Below, in pieces: positions 1 through 10,066 of a stretch of DNA of 64,000 bases. The stretch spans positions 2,400,001-2,464,000 of the forward strand of contig OZ241867.1 in NCBI GenBank assembly GCA_965203175.1, read 5' to 3'. The stretch's first letter is position 1; each line of letters starts with the position of its first letter. Origin of the DNA: Candidatus Latescibacterota bacterium. GTDB taxonomy: Bacteria; Latescibacterota; UBA2968; UBA8231. The notes under the pieces are model-generated. The model worked only from the letters and a program-made list of their open reading frames with translations. It did not search any database and was not told where the DNA came from. A program made the position numbers and the translations under genes.

Positions 1-1
1 A

Positions 2-967
2 CGCATCTATCTGGGCATTCTGCTTTCGACCTCGATCGGTTTCCTGCTCGCAGGCGTGGTCGCCACCTACTACATCGCTGGGACTCTTGATTTCGTTTCC
101 GGCGGCATCCTCGCCGGCAAGGCCCCGACATGGACCATCGGCGTCCTGCTTTTTCTCTATGCCTTTGGCACTGGCAAGGCCGCGCTGATGCCCTTCCACC
201 GCTGGCTCCCCGCCGCTATGGTGGCTCCGGCACCAGTCAGCGCCCTTCTACACGCGGTGGCCGTGGTCAAGGCCGGCGTCTTCACCATCCTCAAGGTGGT
301 CGTCTATATCTTCGGCATCGACCTGCTCGCCGACACGGGTTTGGGCACCTATCTGGCCTACGCGGCCTGCGCCACGATTCTCATTGGCTCGCTGGTGGCC
401 ATGACCAAGGACAACCTCAAGGCCCGCTTGGCGTATTCCACCGTCAGTCAGCTCTCCTACATCGTGCTTGGCGCAGCCCTAGCCAATAGCTGGGGCGTGC
501 TCGGCGGCAGTCTGCACATCGCCATGCACGCCTTCGGCAAGATCACGCTCTTCTTCTGCGCCGGGGCCATCGCGGTCGCCCTGCACAAAACCGAGATTAG
601 CGAGATGAAAGGGATCGGCCGGCAAATGCCGTGGACGATGGGGGCCTTTCTCGTCGGCTCGCTAAGCATCATCGGCTTGCCGCCGCTAGGAGGCGCTTGG
701 AGCAAGTGGTACCTCATTCTCGCCGGGTTGGACGCCGAGCAGTACGTGGCTATTGGCGTACTCTTGGTAAGTTCACTGCTCAACATTGCCTATTTATTGC
801 CGGTGGCGGTCAACGCCTTCTTCTACGCAGCACCCGATGGAGAAGACGGCCTACAGGAAGCCCCGCTGGCCTGCGTCCTGCCGTTGATTTGCACGGCGCT
901 GGGCGGACTGGTGCTCTTCCTCTATCCCGACCCCTTCCTCGACCTCTGCCGCCAGATCGGAGGATAA
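2..967 (+). CDS. mrpD: Monovalent cation/H+ antiporter subunit D family protein (MrpD/NuoN-like), 5' truncated by window edge
   Basis: Frame is open from position 2 (RIYLGILLSTS...). Motifs KAALMPFHRWLPAAMVAPAPVSALLH, LKARLAYSTVSQL and HAFGKITLFFCAG are typical of the Proton_antipo_M family. Confidence 0.85.
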   Translation, partial: RIYLGILLSTSIGFLLAGVVATYYIAGTLDFVSGGILAGKAPTWTIGVLLFLYAFGTGKAALMPFHRWLPAAMVAPAPVSALLHAVAVVKAGVFTILKVVVYIFGIDLLADTGLGTYLAYAACATILIGSLVAMTKDNLKARLAYSTVSQLSYIVLGAALANSWGVLGGSLHIAMHAFGKITLFFCAGAIAVALHKTEISEMKGIGRQMPWTMGAFLVGSLSIIGLPPLGGAWSKWYLILAGLDAEQYVAIGVLLVSSLLNIAYLLPVAVNAFFYAAPDGEDGLQEAPLACVLPLICTALGGLVLFLYPDPFLDLCRQIGG

Positions 968-971
968 GGCC

Positions 972-1232
972 ATGAACTCAGAGAAAAAACATCTATTCGA
1001 CCAGCCGCGGAACGTCCACCGCTTGATATGGGTCTTCTTCGTCCTCTGCGCCTTGCTCTTGGGTGCGGACTTGCTCTTTCATCGGCACTTGAACTTTGCT
1101 GAAGGTGTCTTCCCGGTTGAAGGATGGTTCGGCTTTTACGCGATATACGGGTTTGTCGCTTGCGTGCTGTTGGTTTTGACGGCCACGCAAATGCGCAAGG
1201 TGCTGATGCGCCGCGAGGATTACTATGACTAG
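972..1232 (+). CDS. Small 2-TM membrane protein of the Mrp antiporter operon
   Basis: 86 aa between two MrpD-like genes. Has GFYAIYGFVAC and a C-terminal MRREDYYD; overlaps the next start. Confidence 0.8.
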   Translation: MNSEKKHLFDQPRNVHRLIWVFFVLCALLLGADLLFHRHLNFAEGVFPVEGWFGFYAIYGFVACVLLVLTATQMRKVLMRREDYYD

Positions 1233-2913
1233 TTTTCACCCAGCGGCCTTCTTGCTGTTAGGTGGGCTGTTGTTGCCCGTCTTGCCGCTGGCCGCGCGGC
1301 GGGTGGCGTTGCTCCTTTTGCCGCTAGCCGGATTTTACAATCTCCTCGGCTATCAGGTTGGTGACGGTCAAGTCGGCTCCCTAGCCGGATACGAGCTGCA
1401 CTGGGTGCGCGTTGATCAGCTCAGCCTGCTCTTTGGCTATCTCTTTCACTTGGCCGCCTTCCTCGCCGCGCTGTTCTCGCTGCACCTGCGCGACCGCTTG
1501 CAACAGGCGACTGGCTTTCTGTACGCGGGCGCGGCCGTGGGCGCGGTCTTTGCCGGCGATCTCATTGTGCTCTTCATCTTCTGGGAGTTATTGGCGATTT
1601 CTTCGGTCTTCCAGATTTGGGCCAGCCAGAGCGACAGGGCCATCGCTGCGGGTACGCGCTACCTGTTGATCCACATTAGCTCTGGCCTGCTGCTCTTGGT
1701 CGGCACGGCGTGGCACTACCAGCAGACCGGCTCGCTGGCGCTGGGGCATCTGGGCATCGATAGCTGGGCCACGCGGCTGATTTTCCTCGGAGTTGGCATT
1801 AAATGCGCCTTTCCATTCTTGCACTCGTGGCTGGTGGATGCCTACCCAGAGTCCACGCCCACTGGCGCGGTTTTTTTGAGTTCCTTTACCACCAAGACCG
1901 CGGTCTATGTGTTGGCGCGCAGTTTTGCCGGCACCGAATGTCTGCTCTACATCGGCGCGGCCATGGCGATGTTCCCCATCTTCTATGCGGTTATTGAAAA
2001 CGATCTGCGCCGCGTGTTGGGCTACAGCATGATCAACCAGATCGGCTTTATGGTAGTAGGCGTCGGCTTGGGGCCGGGCATGGGCGTCAACGGCGCGGTT
2101 GCCCACGCCTTTAACGACGTGCTCTTCAAGGGCCTGCTCTTTATGTCGATGGGTGCCGTGCTCTATCGCACCGGCAAGATCAACGGCTCGGATCTCGGGG
2201 GCCTGTACAAATCCATGCCTTGGACTTGCGGCTTTTGCATGATCGGGGCCGCGTCGATTTCGGCTTTTCCGCTCTTTAGCGGCTTTGTCAGCAAGTCCAT
2301 GGTCATGCAGGCCGCGGCCAACGAGGGCCACCTCGTGGTGTGGCTGCTACTGCTGTTTGCCTCGGCTGGCGTCTTCCATCACGCTGGCATCAAAATTCCC
2401 TTCTTTGCTTTCTTCGCCCATGACGCGGGGATTCGCTGCCGCGAAGCGCCGCGCAACATGCTCTTGGCGATGGGGATTGGGGCGGCGCTGTGCATTGGCA
2501 TCGGTTCGTTCCCGCACTATCTGTACAGACTCCTGCCCTACCCGGTTGCCTACGAGCCGTACGATGCGACCCACATCGTTTTACAACTCCAGTTGTTGTT
2601 CTTTTCGGCACTGGCCTTTGTCGCGCTCAAGCTGACGGGCATCTACCCGCCGGAGCTGCGCTCGGCCAATATCGACGTGGACTGGACCTATCGAAAGCTG
2701 CTGCCAAGTGCAGCGCGGTTGTGCGTGCAGGTGGGTGCGCCGCTGTGGGATGGATTGATCGCCTGGGGCAAGCAACAGGTCTTCGCTCTAATAGATCAGG
2801 TACGCCAGTACCACGGCCCGACGGGCGTCTTTGCGCGGGCGTGGCCTATTAGTAGCAGCGTGTTGTTGGTGACGATTTTCTTGGCAGTGTACTTGTTTGT
2901 GTACTTGGGATGA
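1225..2913 (+). CDS. mrpD: Na+/H+ antiporter subunit D (MrpD-like)
   Basis: Multi-TM protein with FWELLA, FPFLHSWLVDAYPES, ENDLRRVLGYS and HAFNDVLFKGLLFM motifs. Confidence 0.85.
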   Translation: MTSFHPAAFLLLGGLLLPVLPLAARRVALLLLPLAGFYNLLGYQVGDGQVGSLAGYELHWVRVDQLSLLFGYLFHLAAFLAALFSLHLRDRLQQATGFLYAGAAVGAVFAGDLIVLFIFWELLAISSVFQIWASQSDRAIAAGTRYLLIHISSGLLLLVGTAWHYQQTGSLALGHLGIDSWATRLIFLGVGIKCAFPFLHSWLVDAYPESTPTGAVFLSSFTTKTAVYVLARSFAGTECLLYIGAAMAMFPIFYAVIENDLRRVLGYSMINQIGFMVVGVGLGPGMGVNGAVAHAFNDVLFKGLLFMSMGAVLYRTGKINGSDLGGLYKSMPWTCGFCMIGAASISAFPLFSGFVSKSMVMQAAANEGHLVVWLLLLFASAGVFHHAGIKIPFFAFFAHDAGIRCREAPRNMLLAMGIGAALCIGIGSFPHYLYRLLPYPVAYEPYDATHIVLQLQLLFFSALAFVALKLTGIYPPELRSANIDVDWTYRKLLPSAARLCVQVGAPLWDGLIAWGKQQVFALIDQVRQYHGPTGVFARAWPISSSVLLVTIFLAVYLFVYLG

Positions 2914-2920
2914 CTCTGCC

Positions 2921-3406
2921 TCAGAGTTGTAAGGCCGTGCGGATGGTCGCGGCAATGGCTGCGGGCGAAGGTCCGATGTCCACGCTCAGTGCGTCGTGCG
3001 GTTCTTCGAGGGTTGCAAACTGGCTGTCGAGCAGGCTGGCCGGCATGTAGCGGTGCTGCCGCGTCTCGAGTCGCTGGGCGATGAGTGTCTTTGAGCCTTT
3101 GAGATGGACGATCTGCACACCGGGCCGCCCGCGGACCAAGATGTCGCGGTAGTTTTGTTTGAGCGCCGAGCAACCGAGTATCGCGCCTTGCTCAGCACAA
3201 AGCCATTGGCCGATGGCCGCAGAGAGGATCTCCAGCCAAGGCCAGCGATCCTCATCGGTAAGCGGCGTACCGCTGGCCATTTTGTGCACGTTGGCTTCTG
3301 GGTGGAAATCGTCCGCATCGTAATAAGCCCATCCGAGCTGTTGGGCGAGTTGTTCGCCCACCGTCGTCTTACCGCTGCCCGTTACGCCCATTAGTACGAT
3401 GACCAT
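2921..3406 (-). CDS. gntK: Gluconokinase (GntK/IdnK family)
   Basis: MGVTGSGKTT P-loop, DADDFHPEAN, PLTDEDRWPWL, CSALK, SLLDSQFATLE. Confidence 0.93.
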   Translation of the reverse strand: MVIVLMGVTGSGKTTVGEQLAQQLGWAYYDADDFHPEANVHKMASGTPLTDEDRWPWLEILSAAIGQWLCAEQGAILGCSALKQNYRDILVRGRPGVQIVHLKGSKTLIAQRLETRQHRYMPASLLDSQFATLEEPHDALSVDIGPSPAAIAATIRTALQL

Positions 3407-3472
3407 GCGCTTGATCTCCCGCGTTGTGCGCTGCGGGCTTGAACATATAGGAGCGCGTCTGTTGCAACAAGG

Positions 3473-4696
3473 TCAGTTATGCACTAACGCAGCGTGCGGA
3501 TTGATGGGCAGTTCCAAGACCACACAGGCCCCTTGGGCGCAGTCTGCGACGAATAGGCGGCCGTGGTGTTCGCGAGCAATGCCCGCGCATATGCTCAATC
3601 CTAATCCGCTGTGCTGGCTCGACGCCTTGGTGGTGAAGAACGGCGCAAAAATATCGGCCCGGATTCCCTCGGGAATACCCGGCCCATTGTCCTCGATCTC
3701 CAGCACAATCCAGCCCTGACAGATCGCGAGCCGCAGCGCGATTCGCCCCGCGTCTCGCACCTGCTTTATGGCGTCGCGGCTATTTTGGATGAGGTTGAGG
3801 ACGACCTGTTGGAGTTGGCCGGCATGAGCCTTGATATAGGGCAGGTTTGGGGCTAGGTCCTCGGCGATTTCAATCTGGTCTTTCAGGAGCGTCCGGCGCA
3901 TCAGCAGGACTGTCTCCTGCACGAGGTGGGTGAAGTTGACCCACTCTTTTTGGGGCTTCTGTTGGCGCGCACACGCCAACAGCCGCTCGCTGGTGCCGCG
4001 CGCCTGCAAGCCGGCCTCGTACACGGCTTGTACGCCGTTGCGGACTGCCGGTGCTAAGTCGCCTTCGCGCAGCAGGCTGATCTCGCCGATGATCGCCTCT
4101 AAGTATTGGTTGATTTCGCCCGCGAACGCGGCCGTCAATTGCCCCATCACCTGTAATTTCTGCGCTTGGCGTAGCTGCGCTTCTTTGGTCTGCAACTGCG
4201 ACAGGTCTTCTTGCCGGTAGTACAGTCCGCTGAGGACCTCGCCCAAGCTCTTGAACAAGCCGACGTCTGCGTCGCTACAGGCAATGGCCTCTTTGCGATA
4301 AACGGCTAAGACGCCTTGGTCAAAGGTCGTTTCGAGGATGGCTTTGACGTTGCAACGCATCTGCTGGGCCAGCCAGTCGCATTCCCCGTGACGGTTCGGC
4401 GCTCGATAGCAGGTCGCGGCTGATTTCCACGCCCCCAACACCCACTGCTGTCCTTCTGTTAGCGGCGACCAATACCCATCGGCTGTCAAGGGATGGACGC
4501 GCATCTTGCACTCGCCGTTGTCGGCTTGCACCCGGTACAACCGGCAACCGTCATAAGCGACCCCAGCATGGTCCAGAGTCTGGCGAATCTGCGATAGGAC
4601 CATGAATTCGCCTTCCGGTTCTTTGTGTCGCCAAACCGCGAGCCGCAAGTCCCGCAACAGGGCCTCGTTGGTGTTACCACCGCTGTGTTTGCTCAT
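3473..4696 (-). CDS. Histidine-kinase-like protein (GAF-like N-terminus, HisKA-like helix, HATPase_c) lacking the phospho-acceptor His
   Basis: N box QVVLNLIQNSRDA, G1 IEDNGPGI, F box IFAPFFTTK and G2 SGLGLSI are present. The H box reads AAFAGEINQY. Confidence 0.85.
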   Translation of the reverse strand: MSKHSGGNTNEALLRDLRLAVWRHKEPEGEFMVLSQIRQTLDHAGVAYDGCRLYRVQADNGECKMRVHPLTADGYWSPLTEGQQWVLGAWKSAATCYRAPNRHGECDWLAQQMRCNVKAILETTFDQGVLAVYRKEAIACSDADVGLFKSLGEVLSGLYYRQEDLSQLQTKEAQLRQAQKLQVMGQLTAAFAGEINQYLEAIIGEISLLREGDLAPAVRNGVQAVYEAGLQARGTSERLLACARQQKPQKEWVNFTHLVQETVLLMRRTLLKDQIEIAEDLAPNLPYIKAHAGQLQQVVLNLIQNSRDAIKQVRDAGRIALRLAICQGWIVLEIEDNGPGIPEGIRADIFAPFFTTKASSQHSGLGLSICAGIAREHHGRLFVADCAQGACVVLELPINPHAALVHN

Positions 4697-4993
4697 GGTA
4701 CGACCCGTATTCCGATGTTAAACAAACGTTTGCAAAACGAGGTAATACCACAAATAATTTTTCAAAAAGTCAAGGATAAACGACGAGTTAGAAACACGCG
4801 ATTTTACCCCGTTTGCCCGTAGTGACGGCTAAATTGTCGGAGTCCCTATAAACGGCAACTCTCTTGTCGCAAACAGCTCGCCCACACAGTGGAGACGCAA
4901 AATTGGCCTCTGCGATTCGTCCTTGGGTGTTGACAAAGTGATGCGCTCTATTTGTGTTTGATGCGCTGTCCAATCAAGTCCAAAGAAGCCCGA

Positions 4994-6292
4994 ATGGAAA
5001 CAAATCACACGCCGCAACAAGAACGCGCCATCCTCGTCGGCGTTTCCCTGCCCACGATGCCAGCTTGGGAGGCCGAACATTCCCTCGACGAACTCGGCCG
5101 TTTAGCCGCCACTGCTGGCCTCGTCGAAGCCGAGCGCCAGATCCAAGGGCGCGACCGCATTGACCCGACCTACTACGTCGGCAAGGGCAAGGCCGCCTCC
5201 CTCAAGCAGCTTGCAGCCCAGTGCCAAGCCGATGTGATCGTCTTTGACAACGATCTCTCGCCAGCCCAGATGCGCAACTTGGAGCGCGTCACCAAACGCC
5301 GCATTATCGACCGCAGCGCCGTGATCTTGGACATTTTCGCGCGTCACGCTCGCACCCACACGGCTCAGCTCCAAGTCGAACTGGCCCAGCTCAACTACCT
5401 CCTGCCGCGCCTGACTCGCTACTGGACCCACCTGTCGCGCCAAGCCGGTGGAGGAGCCATCCGCGGGATGGGAGCAGCCGGCGTCCGCGGCCCGGGCGAA
5501 ACCCAATTGGAAATCGACCGCCGCCTGATTCGTCGTCAGATCAACTCCCTAGAGGCCAAGCTCGATAAGATCGGCGTGCAGATGGCGACCAACCGCAAAA
5601 ATCGCGCGGATGTTTTTAAGGTAGCTCTCGTGGGTTATACCAACGCTGGCAAGTCCACCCTGATGAGGGCGCTCTCTGGCGCGGATGTGCTAGTCGAGGA
5701 CCAGCTTTTTGCCACCTTGGACTCGACCACCCGCGCCGTTGATCTCGACCGCAACCACAAGATTCTGCTCACCGACACGGTCGGCTTCATCAACCGCCTG
5801 CCCCACCACCTGTTTGCCTCTTTCCGCGCCACGCTCGAAGAGGCCGTGGAGGCCGATTTGCTGCTCCACGTGATCGACTTGAGTTTTCCGTACTACGAGT
5901 CGCAGATCGCCACGGTTGATCAAGTTCTCCACAACCTCGGGCTTGCGGACAGCCCCACCCTGATGGTGTACAACAAAATCGACCAAGTAGCCCCCGGCGA
6001 AGAAGAGCGGATCGCGGCCGCGTACGCAGATCGCGAAGACGCCATCGCCGTCTCGGCTAGCCAAGCCATTAACCTCGACGCACTGCGCGACAAAATCCGC
6101 GCGTACAGCGTCGCTGGGGATGTCACCTTGGAGCTTCAGGTTCCCCAAGCCGAAGGTCGGCTCTTGGCCCATTTGCATCGGCAGGGTCAGGTGCTCGCAG
6201 AGACCTACAAGGGCAACGACGTCTGCCTGTGCGTGCGCTTGGAAAAGACCTGGGCCGAGCGCTGGCGGCTAGATCGCTTCGTCCCCACCTAG
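4994..6292 (+). CDS. hflX: Ribosome rescue GTPase HflX
   Basis: ILDIFARHA, QVELAQLNYLLPRL, GPGETQLEIDRR, VGYTNAGKSTL, LFATLD, DTVGFI, NKID. Start placed at ATG 4994. Confidence 0.96.
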   Translation: METNHTPQQERAILVGVSLPTMPAWEAEHSLDELGRLAATAGLVEAERQIQGRDRIDPTYYVGKGKAASLKQLAAQCQADVIVFDNDLSPAQMRNLERVTKRRIIDRSAVILDIFARHARTHTAQLQVELAQLNYLLPRLTRYWTHLSRQAGGGAIRGMGAAGVRGPGETQLEIDRRLIRRQINSLEAKLDKIGVQMATNRKNRADVFKVALVGYTNAGKSTLMRALSGADVLVEDQLFATLDSTTRAVDLDRNHKILLTDTVGFINRLPHHLFASFRATLEEAVEADLLLHVIDLSFPYYESQIATVDQVLHNLGLADSPTLMVYNKIDQVAPGEEERIAAAYADREDAIAVSASQAINLDALRDKIRAYSVAGDVTLELQVPQAEGRLLAHLHRQGQVLAETYKGNDVCLCVRLEKTWAERWRLDRFVPT

Positions 6293-6353
6293 CCCGACGG
6301 CTCAGACCTACTATCGCGATTGAAGGCCGTTGCACCAGCGGATAAAGCGTCGT

Positions 6354-7160
6354 ATGCAAACTAACCGAGAAACGGAACCACAACTCGCCTTCGCCGTAAC
6401 CACCATTTCGCGCCCCGGCCCTCGGGAGCTTGCGAATGCACATTGCCTTGCCGACGAAATTGGCTACCGCTATGTACCCCGCGCCCGCCGCTCGCTCTCT
6501 GGAATTGCCGCGGCCGAGGCACTCACGGGCCTGATCGTCGTCGAGCGCGGTAATCTCAACCTCTGGATCGCTGGACGGTGCCTCCGCTACCATCCCAACA
6601 TGGCCAAATTGCGGATCCTCGCCTTGGAACAAGGCAAACACGACATTTTGGTTGATGCCCTGCAGCTCAAATTAGGCGACTGCGTCCTCGACTGTACCTG
6701 CGGTCTGGGTGCGGACGCTATCGTTGCCTCTTGCAAGGTCGGCGCGACAGGTCGCGTCCGCGCCCTCGAAGCCTCGCCGCTGTTGGCCCTGCTGGTCGAG
6801 CGTGGCATGGCCTCCTATGCGCTTGATGATCCGCCCGACTTGGCCCCTGCCATGCGCCGCGTCGAAGTCCTAAACGCCGACTATACTGACTACCTGCGCC
6901 GCGAAGCCAACAACGCTTGGGATGTCGTTTACTTCGATCCCATGTTTGGCGAAACTATTGCCGACGCTCAGGGCCTAGATTTGGTCCGCTGTTTGGCCTG
7001 GGTGGGTGGTCCGTCTCCTGCGGACCTAGGCGAGGCCCGCCGCGTCGCCCGCCGCCGAGTGGTGATGAAGGATCGCCGGCCCGGCCGCTTGCTCGCCCGC
7101 CTTGGTTTCGCCAAAGTCGAGGAGAGTCGCCGCGTTTGCTACGGCGTGCTGCCCGCTTAG
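6354..7160 (+). CDS. Class I SAM-dependent methyltransferase, RsmJ/YhiQ-like
   Basis: YHPNMAKLRI, VLDCTCGLGADA (motif I), DVVYFDPMF, RVARRRVVMK. Confidence 0.8.
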   Translation: MQTNRETEPQLAFAVTTISRPGPRELANAHCLADEIGYRYVPRARRSLSGIAAAEALTGLIVVERGNLNLWIAGRCLRYHPNMAKLRILALEQGKHDILVDALQLKLGDCVLDCTCGLGADAIVASCKVGATGRVRALEASPLLALLVERGMASYALDDPPDLAPAMRRVEVLNADYTDYLRREANNAWDVVYFDPMFGETIADAQGLDLVRCLAWVGGPSPADLGEARRVARRRVVMKDRRPGRLLARLGFAKVEESRRVCYGVLPA

Positions 7161-7207
7161 TAGCAACGTTTCATCCGCCGCCTGTAGGGCGGTGCAAGGA
7201 ATGAATC

Positions 7208-7981
7208 ATGAATCTATCCTGTTGTGCTTGGGCCTTGACCGGCTCGGAAGAAGACGCCCTCACGGCGTTGACCGCTATCGGCTTCCGCTCCATTGACGTG
7301 CAGGCGAAGACCTTTGTCAGCCCAGAGTCGCGAGCGCGCATCGACGACCTCGGCCTGTCGGTTTCCTGCCTCGCGCTGTGTTTTAACATGGAAGACGGCA
7401 CGGCCCTCGACGGCGCAACAGCCGCCGCTCGACAAGCCGCCCTCGATCACTGCCGGGAGGCCCTGGACCAAGCTGCTGCCCTCGATGCCAGCACTGCGTA
7501 CATAGTCCCAGGGACCGATCCAGCCGCGCTACCTCAGTTTAGTGAGGCCTTGGGGCAAGTGGCGGACTTCGCGGCTGTACGCGCGATCCGCGTCGGGGTT
7601 GAACACTTCCCTGGCAAGGCGCTGCCGACGGCCGCCGGGACTTTGGAGTACTTGTCCAGCCTAAACCACCCCAACCTCTACTTGCTCCTCGACACCGGCC
7701 ACCTACAGATGTCCAAGGAAAATCCGGCCGAGGTCATAGCCGCCGCCGGAGACCGACTCGGATACGTGCACCTAGATGACAACGACGGGGAGGGCGATTT
7801 GCACTGGTCCTTGCTGGAGGGCGTGCTGACCGAAGAAGCGCTAGCCGCGACTTTCTCCGCCCTCGCCCTAAGCCCATACGCTGGCCCGGCGAGCATTGAA
7901 CTCAGCCCTCAACTCTCCGACCCTGTAGCCGCCCTAACCCAAAGCCGCGCTCGTGCCCTGCAAGCGGCTAAAAGAGAGTAG
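7208..7981 (+). CDS. Sugar phosphate isomerase/epimerase (xylose isomerase-like TIM barrel)
   Basis: Metal-binding motifs GVEHFP, LLDTGH, YVHLDDNDG..DLH, SIEL. Confidence 0.85.
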   Translation: MNLSCCAWALTGSEEDALTALTAIGFRSIDVQAKTFVSPESRARIDDLGLSVSCLALCFNMEDGTALDGATAAARQAALDHCREALDQAAALDASTAYIVPGTDPAALPQFSEALGQVADFAAVRAIRVGVEHFPGKALPTAAGTLEYLSSLNHPNLYLLLDTGHLQMSKENPAEVIAAAGDRLGYVHLDDNDGEGDLHWSLLEGVLTEEALAATFSALALSPYAGPASIELSPQLSDPVAALTQSRARALQAAKRE

Positions 7982-7984
7982 TCA

Positions 7985-9718
7985 ATGCCTATTTATATCC
8001 TGCTTTTAGCCACCTTACCCATCATCGCCTGTAGTGGCGGCGAGGGTGGATATGTTCTCAAAAAGGTGCCGCGCAACCGAACCTTGATCATGGACTGCTC
8101 CGAGGCCAATACCTGCTCCGGCCAGATTCAGGATTACAACTCCTTCAACCCCTTCATTCCGGGTGGCATCTCGCGGATAGGATATAACTTTCTCTACGAG
8201 CCGCTCTACTTTTTCAATGCCTACGAGGAAAATTCTGAGCTAACACCCTGGATCGCCGAGAGCCATCATTTCAACGAGGACTACACCGAACTTGTGGTCA
8301 AAATTCGTCCGGGCGTCGAGTGGAGCGACGGGCATCCTTGGTCGGCGCACGACTTTGCCTTTACCATCAACATGCTCGTGGAGCACGCTCCACAGCTCGT
8401 GTACTCGACGGATATGGCGACTTGGGTCCAAGAGGCGGTCGCCCTCGACAGCTTGACGGCGCGCGTCGCGCTCAAGGCACCCAACCCGCGCTTCCTTTTC
8501 AGCTACTTCGTCCACAGCGGCGACCAAGGCGTCCCCATTGTGCCCAAGCACATCTGGGAAGGCAAAGATCCGCTGACTTTTTCCAACTTTGACTTGAGTA
8601 AGGGCTGGCCGGTTCTGACCGGCCCCTATCGCATTGTGCGCTCGGAACCGGCCCAACGGATCTGGGATCTGCGTGAGGGCTGGTGGGCTGAGAAACTAGG
8701 CTTTCAGGAGTTACCCCAGGTCGAGCGGCTGATCTACCTGACCTATATGGAGGAGCACAAGCGCGTGCAAAACCTGATCGCCAACAATATCGACACCTGC
8801 TTGGAACTGCGTCCGGCCAACATGGTCTCCTTATTGGAGCGCAATCGCAACATCACGACTTGGACGGGCCGCGAGCCGCCGTATAGCTACATCACTTGGT
8901 GGCCCATATCGCTGGGGTTCAATGGGCTGGAGGCCCCTTGGTCCGACCCGGAGATGCGGCGCGCGGTCAACTACGCCATCGACCGCGACCAGCTCGTAGC
9001 CATAGGCTGGCAAAACTCCGGTGCGTGGACCCTGCTGCCCTTGCCCGATCTCCCGCAGATGCGTCGGTACTTTACTCTCGCCGAGGACTTGGTCGCCGAG
9101 CACCAAGTCGGCGTCTTTGACTTGGAAAAGAGCGCTGAGATTCTCACCCGCAAAGGCTACGAACACAACGGGGTCTTCTGGGAAAAGGACGGGCAGCGCC
9201 TGAGCATGGTCATCGACATTTTCTCTCACTTTCAGGATCTGACGCCGGTGCTCATCGCCCAGCTCAAAAAGGCCGGCATCGACGCCTCCTTCCGCATGAC
9301 CTCGGATTTTACCACGCGCCTGCGCCAGGGCACGGCCCGCGCGTACCTAATCGGCAACTTTAGCTCTATGCGCGACCCCTATTTTGTGCTACGCCAGTAC
9401 CACAGCCGCTTTGTCCAGCCCACCGGCGAACCAGCCGATATGCCTTGGCGCTGGCAAAACCCGGCCTACGACGCGCTGATCGATCAGATGGGCCAGACCC
9501 CGACCGACGCCTCGGAAATGGACGAGCTCTACCGCAAAGCCATGGACCTTTGGCTGGCCGAGTTGCCCTCTATCCCCCTCGTCCAATGGCCGCACCGCAT
9601 CCCGCACAACGAGACCTATTGGACCAACTGGCCCAGCGCGAAAAACCCCTATATCAACAGCGCTTACTGGAGCCGCACTTGGCTCTTGGTGCTGCTGAAC
9701 TTGCGGCCGCAGGTGTAA
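7985..9718 (+). CDS. ABC transporter substrate-binding lipoprotein, family 5 (peptide/oligosaccharide)
   Basis: Lipobox IIAC; LYEPL, IRPGVEWSDGHPWSAHD, TGPY, RRAVNYAIDR. Confidence 0.9.
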   Translation: MPIYILLLATLPIIACSGGEGGYVLKKVPRNRTLIMDCSEANTCSGQIQDYNSFNPFIPGGISRIGYNFLYEPLYFFNAYEENSELTPWIAESHHFNEDYTELVVKIRPGVEWSDGHPWSAHDFAFTINMLVEHAPQLVYSTDMATWVQEAVALDSLTARVALKAPNPRFLFSYFVHSGDQGVPIVPKHIWEGKDPLTFSNFDLSKGWPVLTGPYRIVRSEPAQRIWDLREGWWAEKLGFQELPQVERLIYLTYMEEHKRVQNLIANNIDTCLELRPANMVSLLERNRNITTWTGREPPYSYITWWPISLGFNGLEAPWSDPEMRRAVNYAIDRDQLVAIGWQNSGAWTLLPLPDLPQMRRYFTLAEDLVAEHQVGVFDLEKSAEILTRKGYEHNGVFWEKDGQRLSMVIDIFSHFQDLTPVLIAQLKKAGIDASFRMTSDFTTRLRQGTARAYLIGNFSSMRDPYFVLRQYHSRFVQPTGEPADMPWRWQNPAYDALIDQMGQTPTDASEMDELYRKAMDLWLAELPSIPLVQWPHRIPHNETYWTNWPSAKNPYINSAYWSRTWLLVLLNLRPQV

Positions 9719-9769
9719 GGAGCCGATGCAATAGATCACCATGCCAAGAGAACCTTTATTGCGGCGTGG

Positions 9770-10066
9770 TTGGTGGCGTCGGCGCTGCTGCTTTTTTTGT
9801 TAATCGCGCTCTATTTTGTACCAGAGAAAATGCTTTTTGCCGCGAGCGAGGCTTTTAAGATGCCGCATCGCAGCGGGGAAACGTGCGCTTTGTGCGGCAT
9901 GACACGCGCATTCGCGACTATTGCACGTGGCGACTTTGCCACGGCCCTGATCTACAATCGAGGGGCAGTCGCCTTTTGCGGAGCGTTGTTCGCCAATCAG
10001 CTAGTGGTCGCCTTTTTCTTGCTGCGTCGAATGCACAAAAGGAGATACCATCATGCAGGTGCTTAG
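9770..10066 (+). CDS. DUF2752-like membrane protein
   Basis: CALCGMTRAF...GDF..A..YN signature with flanking TM helices. True start may lie upstream (see findings). Confidence 0.75.
   Translation: MVASALLLFLLIALYFVPEKMLFAASEAFKMPHRSGETCALCGMTRAFATIARGDFATALIYNRGAVAFCGALFANQLVVAFFLLRRMHKRRYHHAGA

Noticed and set aside
4723-4734. CAAACGTTTG palindrome as a LacI-type operator upstream of the pseudokinase
   Set aside because: Only 10 bp, single copy, no regulator nearby; may be chance.
4930-4958. TTGACA upstream of hflX as a sigma70 promoter
   Set aside because: No convincing -10 element at 16-18 nt spacing.
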